Origin: the human T2T-CHM13v2.0 reference genome, Homo sapiens
Direction: 5' to 3' (one strand)
DNA: 64,000 bases
Assembly (NCBI RefSeq): GCF_009914755.1
Contig: NC_060928.1
Shown: positions 28,271-39,419 of the stretch, piece by piece
Numbering within the stretch: position 1 is the stretch's first letter
How the letters are laid out: each line of letters opens with the position of its first letter
Notes under the pieces: model-generated
Databases searched by the model: none
What the model was told of the DNA's origin: nothing
The model's input: only the letters and a program-made list of their open reading frames with translations
Program-made: the position numbers and the translations under genes

Positions 28271-29266
28271 TCATGTTTCGCTATTTTTTTGTCATGTAGA
28301 GGGACTTCTGGTCTCTCTCATTCCATAGCGGCATACAGTTTGACAGCTGAGTTGGGAAAAAAGCAACTGGGTATGCTTAGCTTAGCCAGCACTTTGGTCC
28401 TCTTATTTTGGGACCCACCTTACTTGCAGGGGGAAAATGTGTTTTCTAATTCTCTGTAATGTAAGTTTTAAAGAGTCAGCCCCCCAGTGCGGTGTCTATG
28501 TCTGTTGAGCAATTGTGTTTGACTAGATGAGTAGACTGAAATATCTGGTGAAGCGTTAGCAAGTCTAGCTTGCTACAGTTCCATAGAGACTTTCTCTAAA
28601 GAGCTTTATATAGAATGAACAGTGATGACTTGAATCTCCATATTGATAGTCTCCATGTCAATCTGTCAATCCTTTTGAAACTTGGGGGTGGTGGAAGATG
28701 ACATTATTCCTCTGTCTTTAACCTAAAGATTTTTTAAATGAATACAGAAAGAATTTTACACTTAAGATTATTATCAAGAGGCAACTTTCACATCCAAGTC
28801 TCCTCAATTTTGAAGGTAAAATTGAATTTGACCTTTAACTAAAGATCAATTCCACTGGGTAACCAATTTGGACTGATTCCACTGGAGATCACCTAAGAGT
28901 ATTCTGGCATTGTAAATTGCCATTAAAAGCCATCAGCGCTATAATTCTTTGAGAAACAGATAGTTATGTGAGAGTCATATGATGGTTATTGCTTTATGAT
29001 TTAGATATTATTTAATGAATAGTTGGAAATATCTATCAAGTCTAACTTGACAAAAGAGGACAGAGAGGACCTCCATCTCAGCCAAGACTACTTGGGGAAA
29101 ATGCTGTAATTTCTAAAACCATATCCTTTAAGCTGATGATAATAGCACATTACCCATTTGCTTTACGTCTCTGATTTAAAATTATCAAAACCCTTTGCAG
29201 TGCTTTACTTCAGTCTTATGCCTTCACTAGCGGCACAGATATACATCATTAGGGCTGCCCATCACC

Positions 29267-29285
29267 GCCATCAGAGGTCACTCTA
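29267..29285 (+). promoter_or_regulatory. Candidate CTCF motif
   Basis: ccatcagaggtcac versus core CCASYAGRKGGCRS: two mismatches, in locally CpG-containing unique sequence. Confidence 0.3.
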
Positions 29286-29287
29286 GC

Positions 29288-29375
29288 GCAGAGGTTTCTA
29301 CCTGTTTTTTGTGCAGTGGACCATTTTGACAATCTTTTGAAACCTTCCAGAAAACTAGTTTTAAATACATGGGAA
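29288..29375. mobile_element. hAT-Charlie-type MITE fragment
   Basis: cagaggtttctacctgttttttgtgcagtggaccattttgacaatct resembles a Charlie/MER terminal sequence. Confidence 0.4.
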
Positions 29376-29817
29376 CTCAAGGTAAGAATCATGTTAAAGT
29401 AAGTTGTATTTCTTTCAAGTCTACCCATTTTTCTCATTTTGCCAAAACTTGAGACCTAGTCACAAGTTTGTGGGCATTTTTGTCCACCAAGAGTAGCATT
29501 ACTGTGTTAGTTACTTACCATTGGCCTATAAGATGCTTGGTTCATCTATGTTGCTCACAAGCATCATAAACATTATTTTTGCTGTGAATATCTCATGGCT
29601 GGTGTAAATTCTTTGCTAGATTGTTTGAACTTTTTCATGGTCTTATCGATTCAAATTCCTATAATGTTTCTGGCAGTTTATAGTTTAATGGAATATAACG
29701 ATGTATATGTCTTTCCCCTACAATGTACATATTTACCCTTATTATTTAACCAGTACTTCTTGACTATATTATTGCAGACACAGGCACTATTCAACATGCT
29801 AGGTATTCAGTCCTGAA

Positions 29818-29976
29818 TAAGACAAGATAAGAAAATAAGAGAAGGAAAGAAGGAAGAGAGGAAAGGAAAAGAAAGGAGGGAAGGAAGAAAGGATGAATGG
29901 AAGGAAGGATGGAAGGATGGAAGCAAAAAAGGGAGGGAAGGAAGGAGGAAGAGAAAGAGGAAAGGAAAGAAAAGAA
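29818..29976. repeat. GA-rich polypurine low-complexity tract
   Basis: About 160 bp of GGAA/GAAA units with few pyrimidines. Confidence 0.92.
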
Positions 29977-30444
29977 TTATAATGTTAAGCTATGATGGCA
30001 AGATAAGAAGTAATAGGAACTGAGAGTGAGAGAGATGGACAGGAAAGAATTCTTTAAGTAAATGACATGTGAATAAAGAAATAATATATGACCCTGAAAA
30101 ATAATGTATTGTTGACAAAAACCAAATTTACTTAATTAAGCATACTCATACTTACATACAAGGTTAAGTTGTTCTGCCTTATACCAGAAGGAAGGAGCTC
30201 CCTGTGTCTGCCATTCCCAATAGGGTAACAATGAAGACACCTATTGCAGAGTCAACGTCTGGCAAAATTGAAGTGGTGGCTGACCCACTCTAAGCATAAT
30301 AAGGCACCTGATGAGGAAGTGGGCAAGTTCCCAGGAGCATTTGACTTGAGTATGTTTCCCCATGTACTACTATGCACTACTATTACATAATCTTCTCTTC
30401 TTTCTAGATACCTTTACTCCAAAAAATCAGCTTCTACATCAAAC

Positions 30445-30790
30445 AGTAAGGGCTCTTCTCCTTCTGAAACCCATGGGAGTGAATCCTTTCTTGCTTCCTC
30501 TAGCTCCTGGTGATTTGCTGGCAATCTTTGGAATTTCTTGACATGCAGCTGCACACAGTAATTTTTGCCTCCGTCATTATATGGTGTTCTCTCCTCATGT
30601 GTCAGTTTTTATATTGTCTTTTTATAAGGACAATAGTCATATTGAATGAAAAGCCCACACTACTCCAGGATGACCTGATCTTAACCACTTAGGTCTAGAA
30701 TGGCCCCATTTCCAAATATTGTCACATTCTGTGGCCCTAGTAGTTGGAAATTCAACATATATTTTGGGGAAATGCAATTCAACCCACAAT
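30445..30790 (-). mobile_element. MLT1 MaLR LTR (partial)
   Basis: gaatcctttcttgcttcctctagctcctggtg...tactccaggatgacct...gcaattcaacccacaa. Confidence 0.8.
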
Positions 30791-30815
30791 GGTCATTTCT
30801 AAAGTTTACACAAAA

Positions 30816-31022
30816 GGCCACGCATGGTGGCTCACACCTGTAATCTCAGCACTTTGGGAGACCTAGGAGGGTGGATCACCTGAGGTCAGGAGTTCAAGAC
30901 CAGTCTGGCCAACATGGTGAAACTTCGTCTCTACTAAAAATACAAAAATTGGCCAGGCGTGATGGTAGATGCCTGTAATCCCAGCTACTCAGAGCAAGAC
31001 CCTGTCTCAAAAAAAGAAAAAA
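30816..31022 (+). mobile_element. Alu, AluS-type, with about 89-bp deletion in the right arm
   Basis: Junction cccagctactc|agagcaagacc at 30990/30991; 15-bp TSD aaagtttacacaaaa at 30801-30815 and 31023-31037. Confidence 0.95.
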
Positions 31023-31099
31023 AAAGTTTACACAAAAAAATGTGAAGTACTTAGCAACCAAAGTGAATGGAAAGAATACAGGTCTAGCAATTTAGATAG

Positions 31100-31432
<333 letters not shown>

Positions 31433-31979
31433 AATTATTTAACTTTTTACATTACCATTTTTGCATTGTTGATCTTAGAAGGTTGCTAAAATGTCTTGAT
31501 TCAGTCTTATCAGCCAAAAACAAATAGTAGTAGTAACTATTTTGCAGAACTGTAGAAATAATATAAATAAAATGGGAGTATATAGAAACTCAAATTCCTG
31601 TTCAGTTGTTTGTGTAATTATGATTGGCACTAAAAATGAACTACAAGCCTAAGTAGATATTGCAAGTTGTTAATTCTTAAGAATAAATAGAGGTCCTGAC
31701 TAAAAATTTTTACTGAAGATTAAAAAAAAGAAGATGTGCTTTTCTATATTGAGGTCAAAACTTAAAATTAAGATGATCCCTGATATACTTCCACTGCAAG
31801 TCGAATTGAATCAATGAATGAATGAAAAGTCAAAAAATCACCAAAAAAAGGAAGGAAAAATGGCCTAATGCTTGATTTGCAAAATAACAGTCAGTATAGT
31901 TGCCAAAGAGAGATCAGTATTTCCCAACAATTACTTATCTTGAAGTTAAAGCCATGGCTTGTAATTAAGAACATACTTT

Positions 31980-32255
31980 TCATCAAAGCCTGTGCTGACT
32001 ACCTCGTATAAGTTATGTCCACCCCTGGTAGTCTATCATAGCAGGTAGCTCTTTCCTCTATAACATCTATCATAATTTATAATTATATATTTAAGTCAGT
32101 GTTTGCTTGTCTACTCTGCATTTCCCATATTAGATCTTAAGTGTCTAGAAAATGAGGGCGATGTCTCTAGCCCCTAGCGTAGTGACTGTCACACAGAAAG
32201 GGCTCCATAAATATCAGTTTAATGAATAAATGGATTGGTGAGTTTATGGATGAAT
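31980..32255 (+). mobile_element. L2 3' end
   Basis: ccctagcgtagtgactgtcacacagaaagggctccataaatatcagtttaatgaataaatgg. Confidence 0.65.
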
Positions 32256-32311
32256 AAAAACATTATTACTCTCTCTAGACATCCTCATTTGACAGATTTC
32301 TCTTCGGCAAA

Positions 32312-32509
32312 TATAACACAATAAATCGTACATTTATTCACATGCCATTACAGGGAGATATTGGATAAATTCATGGGACTTTGTTGGAAAAATCCTTTAA
32401 AATTTTTCAGCAACAACATATTTTGAACATCAAGGATATCTGTGACTTGTTACAGTTCTTTCTTTTGTGTCTGAGGAAAGGTACACATCAGAACTGTGGA
32501 GCTGAAATA
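32312..32509 (-). other. Candidate terminal exon of an unknown, probably non-coding transcript
   Basis: Minus strand: branch point CACTAAC (32540-32546), polypyrimidine tract, CAG (32510-32512), then AATAAA (32333-32338) and T/GT-rich sequence. Confidence 0.35.
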
Positions 32510-34051
32510 CTGGAAAAAGAACAAAGCAAAGCAAACAATGTTAGTGCAAATGAATAAGAAAAAGTCGAACAAGATATAGATGAAAGTGAAAGGCAAATTA
32601 AGCCAAAGTCCAAAAAATATGAAAGGATAAATATGGAGATATAAATAAGCCAGGTTAAAAAACTTAATGAAATAATTCACATTTCCACAGTTTGGCCCAC
32701 AGTAAAATGTTTTACCTGATTTTTCATTACTAAACACATTGGTTAATATCCCCAGTGAATTTCTACCTTGTAGCACTCTTCTTCCCTCCTCTATGCCTAG
32801 AACACCTCCACTTGCCTGTCACTAGTTTTCTCATTGTATTATCTCTGAAAACCCCATTGAGATTCCAATTTCTCCATTACAACCTTCTTGTTTAATCTAT
32901 TGAAGAGTTTGAGACTCAGGGGTGAAGAGACATGGAAGTTCACACAATTAGTGACAATGCCAGGACTAGAATACAAAAAGAGAATTCTTTCTACTGTGTT
33001 CCAAAGTCTACGATTTCTAGCAGTCTTTACTCTAAGACTTGAAATAGTTTACGCTATTGTCAACTGAGCCAGACCATGTCTATCTACTTGGGTCAACAGA
33101 AGGAACAGGAAATGTTAGCAGAGGGAGTGAATCTATTCGATGATACTTACTGTCAAACCACAGGTAAACATGATAGTGCCATCTAGTATATTTATATCTT
33201 TTCAAATATGCAGAATGAGGTAGATAAAAGAAAACTCCTAAGGAGTCAAAAGGTAAAAATGGCCCAAACATACAGAGATACATAAAAACTCTTAATTTCA
33301 AGGGATACATTTATGGGCACACAAGCAAAACTGAATGAATAAACTCCTATTCAATGATGTGATTTGCATGCCGTACAAAATGTATAACTTTAAGGAGATA
33401 ATTTCCTTTTTGTTTCTAATCCATAACATAATTCTCATTAATGTTAATATGTGCCTATCAAGGGAAAACATATCCATTGATATGGGTATTGAGAGACCAA
33501 ACAGTATTTTTAATTTAAAAGAGTAGTACAGTTACACAACATAAAATCAATATTTATTGGATATTAAAACAGTTCATTCAGGTTTGACGTTTACAGAATT
33601 TTGTTGGCTAGTTTCTTCATTTACCTTATTTGGAGACCCGAATAAGTGCCTATGAACTGTAGAAACTTGTCTCAGGAATTTTATATCTACTGCCATACAC
33701 AAAGTCCACATAAGACTCAGGGTAATAAGTTACAAGGTTAGCAATAAGGATTTTTTACTTATAAGTAGAAGTTTCTCGATTTTATAAATGGCTTAGAAAA
33801 TAATAGAGTAGAAAGTGTTCATGGCTTGATATGTTTTTAAAAGAGAAAAAAGATGATTTCTCTGGAAAACAATAATAAAGGAAGGAGAATACTATGAGAA
33901 ACAAAAGATTCCCTGAAAACTTTGTTTCCTAAGACAAAAATTAAAACTTTTCATTATACAAATATGTCTTCATATAGAGCTTTCTGGATTGGAAAATACT
34001 TTAGAGGAGTCGATATATGAATAGATGGTAGAGAGATAAATGGATGGAAGA

Positions 34052-34128
34052 GTGTATATATATGTGTGTGTGTGTATGTCTGTGTGTGTGTGGGGGGGGG
34101 TGTGTATGCACACACTGTATGTATACAT
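34052..34128. repeat. Compound TA/TG/G microsatellite
   Basis: gtgtatatatatgtgtgtgtgtgt...gggggggg...cacacac. Confidence 0.85.
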
Positions 34129-34689
34129 ATAAAGATTGAAGAGTTTATATATGTGTGTAATAAATATATAAAATACACAATTCATGTGTAAATATAATGT
34201 ACTAGATAAAATAGAATATATATAATCCAGTTACTGCTGGCATACCTTCAAGGAAGAAACCTCATCACTTCCTGATGTTGTAGATGCTTACAGAAGCTTC
34301 CATCTACTCATTGATTCATGTATTTGTTTCGTAAGCATTAATTGTCCTCTATTATTGGATACTTCATTACAGTCACCATTCCTATCTTCATGGAATACAG
34401 AGTTACTGTGAGAAGACATATGTAAAATATGAATGCCATAATATAGTGGCCTTGAGAAAAATGTGAATGAAGTAGAGAAAATATGGTTAAGGATGGAAGT
34501 TGACAAAATTAGTATTGTAAGGGAAGTTTGCAGTACAGGAAAACCTCAGAAGAAGATCCTGTAGATTGCAGGAGCAACAGAGCAAAGGCTCAGAGACTCG
34601 GTTGCAAGGGCCCTGGCAGAATTGCAAGCCTTGCCCGATGGCTTGAATTTAAAATGAAACACTTACAGCTAAGTGAAACTACATGATTA

Positions 34690-36280
34690 TAAACAAAGCA
34701 GGAGTAAATATATTTTCAGGTAAACCTAAACTGCAGATAAGCAGAGGTCACAGTGTTAATATCCATCAAATAAAATTTAAGGCAAAAGCATTTTATAAGA
34801 AAAAATAGCCATTTTATAGCAATAAGTACAATTTGCAATAATATAAGTGTTAGCTATCAAATAAAATTGGCTCCAAATACATGGAGGTGTAGTTAAAATG
34901 TAATATTAATGGGAGTCAATAGCACACTCATTTAAGTCTCTGGCAAATCTTGTTAGCCAAAGTTAATCAGGATATAAAAGCTATGAATTTATACTATATA
35001 CTACGTATGATTTTGTAAGCTATTATATATTACTATATATCATAACATTTTATTATATCCTACTTTATTATATGTAATATAGTATATGTTTAGGCTAAAC
35101 ATTCTACCCTACAAATAGCAAATTCGCTAATTTGCTAAACCTTGCTAATCACAAATTTTTTAGAAGAACTGAACATGTAGTAGGCTACCATTGAAAAGCT
35201 AGGTAAATTTTTTAAAAAGTCTATGAGCCATATTATATGATAATGCAACAAAACTAGATATTAATAGAAAAACATGTTTAAAATGCTAGAAAAACAAATA
35301 AAAATATCATAAATAACTCTGAGGTCAATACAAATTAAATTTGCCCTGACAATGACATAGAATGCAATGTAAATGAGACTACCACATGTTATATTAATAA
35401 AATGCAGCAAATCTCCATCTATAGAGAAATATATAAACCAACATGCACATATTTTAAGCAAGAAATAATGGATATTTTAAAAAGTAAATGTTCAGATCAA
35501 GAACTCATAACAAAGCAAATGAAAAATGAGTAAAGTAATATAAAGGTATTAATAAAAATTAGAAGGGAATGAATTATATAAACAAGAGGTACAAGAATGA
35601 AAAATGCATGTAAAATATAATTTGAAAAAATACAATAGTCAAGCCTTGCAGTGTTAATTGAGAAAGGAAATAAAAGTGAGGAAAATTACCTATGAAGCAT
35701 TCGAAGTAAGAAGTATTAGATTAAAAACACAATGTTACTTTTAGTGTAAAATTACTGTAAACTAAAAATTGGAAAAAAACAAATTGCAAAATATATTTAA
35801 AAATTATATTAATTATCAAAATTAACATGAGAATCATGTAAGACCAATTACAATTACAAAACTTAAAAAAATTATCTCCCAAAAATTGTGACAGTGGAAG
35901 ATGGTTTAGATGATTTTATGAAAAAGTTATGTCAAAATTATTCTTTTCTTATTTAAACTGTTTTAGAACATAGATAATACTTTACGAAGCTTAGAAAAGA
36001 TTGATCTATAAACCTTCAAAACTAAAAACACATCATAGAGTGACTGTGCTTAAGATTATAGATATAAAGATCCTTAAGAAAACACTACAAATTTTGCCTA
36101 GTATTATATTAAATAAATAATATAAGATGATGGAATGGACTGGGCCCCCCAAATTTAAGCATAATGGCTTATTATGTTCATTATATTAATAGGCAGATTA
36201 TTTTCCTGGACAATACAATAAATGACACAAAATGCAATGATAAAAAAACTGCTTTTAAAATTATTAGAAGCATTATGTGG
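34690..36280 (+). mobile_element. Old L1 (L1ME-like) ORF2 remnant
   Basis: A-rich sense tract with L1 endonuclease-region echoes such as ttaatatccatcaaataaaatttaaggcaaaa. Confidence 0.6.
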
Positions 36281-36364
36281 TAAGGTGCTTCTATGCCTTA
36301 TCTGATTGCAATGTGAATGTTTAAATCTGTCCAATTATCTACCCTTCCAAGAAATTCTCATCCC

Positions 36365-36626
36365 AGAACAAAAAACCAAACACCGCATATTCTCACTCAT
36401 AGGTGGGAATTGAACAATGAGATCACATGGACACAGGAAGGGGAATATCACACTCTGGGGACTGTGGTGGGGTGGGGGGAGAGGGGAGGGATAGCATTGG
36501 GAGATATACCTAATGCTAGATGACGAGTTAGTGGGTGCAGCGCACCAGCATGGCACATGTATACATATGTAACTAACCCGCACAATGTGCACATGTACCC
36601 TAAAACTTAAAGTATAATAAAAAAAA
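36365..36626 (+). mobile_element. Young 5'-truncated L1 (L1PA2-type 3' UTR)
   Basis: Near-consensus L1 3' end; GAG at 36525-36527 (not the Ta-diagnostic ACA) and cttaaagtata; 14-bp TSD aaattctcatccca at 36352-36365 and 36627-36640. Confidence 0.95.
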
Positions 36627-38089
36627 AAATTCTCATCCCATTAATTTCTTGTTAATAACTAGTCTTTATTTCCTTCCTTTCCAGATTAATCCTCTATAAT
36701 TTTTATAAAGCTACATATCAATCCAGACATTTTTTTCAGATCTTAATTTTTTTTCTCGATCTTAACTGCAATTTGTCCCATTCTAGAGGATTCCACTTTC
36801 TCTTTTAAATGGCAGCTCCTGTTTCTACACTTTTGCAAACATCTCAAAATATAACCTGAGAATCCTACTACCCTTATCGTGTTTCTTCTGACTCTTATGC
36901 ATTAATCTCCATTTAAAAAACAAACAAAAGTGAAACTAAAACCTACTTCTTTGAAGTACATGTCATCTGGCTGAATCATCTGTATTCCTTCCTGGGGTCA
37001 TCCACAAACATCTGAGTTAATCTTCTCACTCAACTAAAGACCTTGACCCTTAGTTCTCACTCTTCCTTTTCATCAAATTCCCACTATTATACAGGGTAAC
37101 TCTTGAGCCACACAGAGGATGCATACATTCCTGGCCATTGCCACAAATTTGAGCCATAAGCTGGCTGCCACTGAAATTTTATCCTCATCAGAAAAAGTCG
37201 TATCTCTGAAATAATTAACTCAATGGCTTCACTCTCTCTCCCAATCCCCCATTCCTGCAGCTCCTCAACTCATCTCTCTTGCATCACTTCTTCCACCTAA
37301 TTGGAACACCCAAGGCGTTGACTGGCACACATTCAAGTCACTTGAGGGTCTTTAAGACAATGTGGATGCTTTTTTGTCCTATGAAAGAACAATTATTTTA
37401 CAATCTCTGCACTTCACATTTAGGCTGTAGTGAACCCAAGCACTGTGTAGGCAGGTTAAGAACCACTGCCCTGGGGTATTTATGTCTCTACTCTCGTTTC
37501 TTTCTTCAATGACTTTTCTACCCAGCTTGGATTCCAAGTCTCATCACTTCAAATTACCCTTTTCCCAATAGTCTCAATTCCATTCTTTTATGATCACTTT
37601 CATTTTTTTTCATGGGTAAAGCTTAAGGCCTCTTTGAAAAGTACTGCCCTGAGCTTCTAAGCTGAAAGAAGAATAACATACAACCTTTCATGCTGCTATT
37701 GTCAATACTTTGTAGTCATTAATATAAAATGATTTTTGTAGCTGCCCTGCAGTCCTACTGTGTGCATAATAAACTCGATTTTCCATTTCTCTATGGCACA
37801 TGTCAAACCATCTCCATTTGCATCGAATCTCTAGCCCCATCATCTCTCACAGATGTCCTTAAATGACAAGCTCACGGTAAGAACAGAATCCTTTTAATGA
37901 AAACTCCCTGAACTTTCAGCTACCACAGCATCGAGCGTATTTGCTTCTGCACAATATTGTGTCTTTCATTTAATTGCAAAGTAATTAATGTCCTCCCCTC
38001 CCGTTCAAAGCTCACCTCTCAACTTGTTTACTGAATCCCTATGGCTCCTTCTCCTCAAAGGCTTTGCTTTCTTGTTTATCTGTAGGTAA

Positions 38090-38310
38090 TTGGTTTAATG
38101 TTGTCAGTCACAGCCTGGGTTTGAACCATGGCTTCTCACTAAATGACTGTGTGACAATGAGCAGGTGACTTATCCTATTCAGGCTTATATTTTAAATATA
38201 AAATGGGGATATGAAATATGTCTGTTTCACAGAGTTGTGAGAATTGAAAACAATAATATTTATAAAAGACCTTAGAAGAGTAAGCACAATAAAAGTGTTT
38301 GACAAATCAT
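38090..38310 (+). mobile_element. MIR SINE within L2
   Basis: cagcctgggtttgaaccatggct...actgtgtgacaatgagcaggtgactt...taaaatggggat. Confidence 0.75.
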
Positions 38311-38914
38311 TGCTGCACTCCTGTATATTTCAAACCTACTATTATATTCACTTCTAACCTGCATTTACACACTCACTCCATGTTTTCCTTCGGTAGCTCA
38401 CATATTTTTCTCTTCCCATTCGCAATCAAACTTATCAGAGAAGTCTGAATTTGATCTCTGCTTCTGTTTCTCCTTTTCACTCCACAACCTTCCAAAATCT
38501 GGATTCTGCTTTTCCAACTCTGCCGAAACTGCTCTTGTCAATGTCAGTGATGATGGCCTTGTAGTTAAATCCAATAAATAATTTCCAGGCTTTATCTACC
38601 TGAACACTTGGCAGAGTTTGACACTATTGACTGCTTCTCCTTTCTTGAAACGCCCTCTCCCTATGACTTTTCTGTTACTGCACTCTCCTTACTTACCTTG
38701 TACTTCTCTGACCCTTTCATTTTTGTCTCTTTTGTGAGCTCCTCTTTCTCCTTGGCCTACCCTTTAATGATTAGCAATTTTCAGAATGCTGCTGTAAACT
38801 CTTTTACTTTCATATTTTAAATAATTTCCCTGGCTACAATTTTCTGCTTTCAAGGCCGCAGTTTCCATCTATAACCTGATAGGTCCCAATCTATAAGTCT
38901 CCAGCTCAGATGAG

Positions 38915-39155
38915 GAAGAGTGGGATGGTGTTTAAAAACATAAATTTTTAAAGACAAGGAGACCTATGCTCAAGGTTTGAATTCTTACTTTGCTACTTTC
39001 TGGATATCTGATAGAGAAATGATTTAACTAGTCTAAGCTTCAGATCAGTTTATTGTAAAAAATTGTTGAAAATAATTTCTTTTATACTCTAATTAAGTAA
39101 GCGTGTGTACATTATTTAAGAGAATCAGTGACATGTTAAAAAGTGCTTAATACAT
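38915..39155 (+). mobile_element. MIR SINE within L2
   Basis: ggtttgaattcttactttgctactt...atttaactagtctaagcttcag. Confidence 0.55.
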
Positions 39156-39419
39156 TTTACCTGTTTTTTATTGCCTCTACCTGTAGCTCTTTCTCTTGAA
39201 TTTCAAACTTGTATGTAAACTGGCTATTTGATACCGCTATTTGATTGACCCAGAAAGCCCACAAATCCAATGTCTGAACATAGTTTCCCAAGTCTCTTTT
39301 TCGTAATGTGTTTCTTAACTCATTGAATGGCATACTTATTAAGAACCTCATTCCCAACACTTCTTTCTTATTTAATACCTTTTTAAGTTTCGTGCATTTG
39401 CAGTTATATCACCCTTTCC

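Larger units (their letters stand above)
36950..39415 (+). mobile_element. Long L2 ORF2 fossil, 5' part, with MIR insertions
   Basis: ccaactctgccgaaactgctcttgtcaatgtcagtgatga...gcagagtttgacactattgactgcttctcctttcttgaaac is characteristic L2 RT-region sequence. Confidence 0.75.

Noticed and set aside
35116-35137. 9-bp inverted repeat tagcaaatt-cgct-aatttgcta
   Set aside because: An isolated AT-rich hairpin inside an old L1, within chance expectation.
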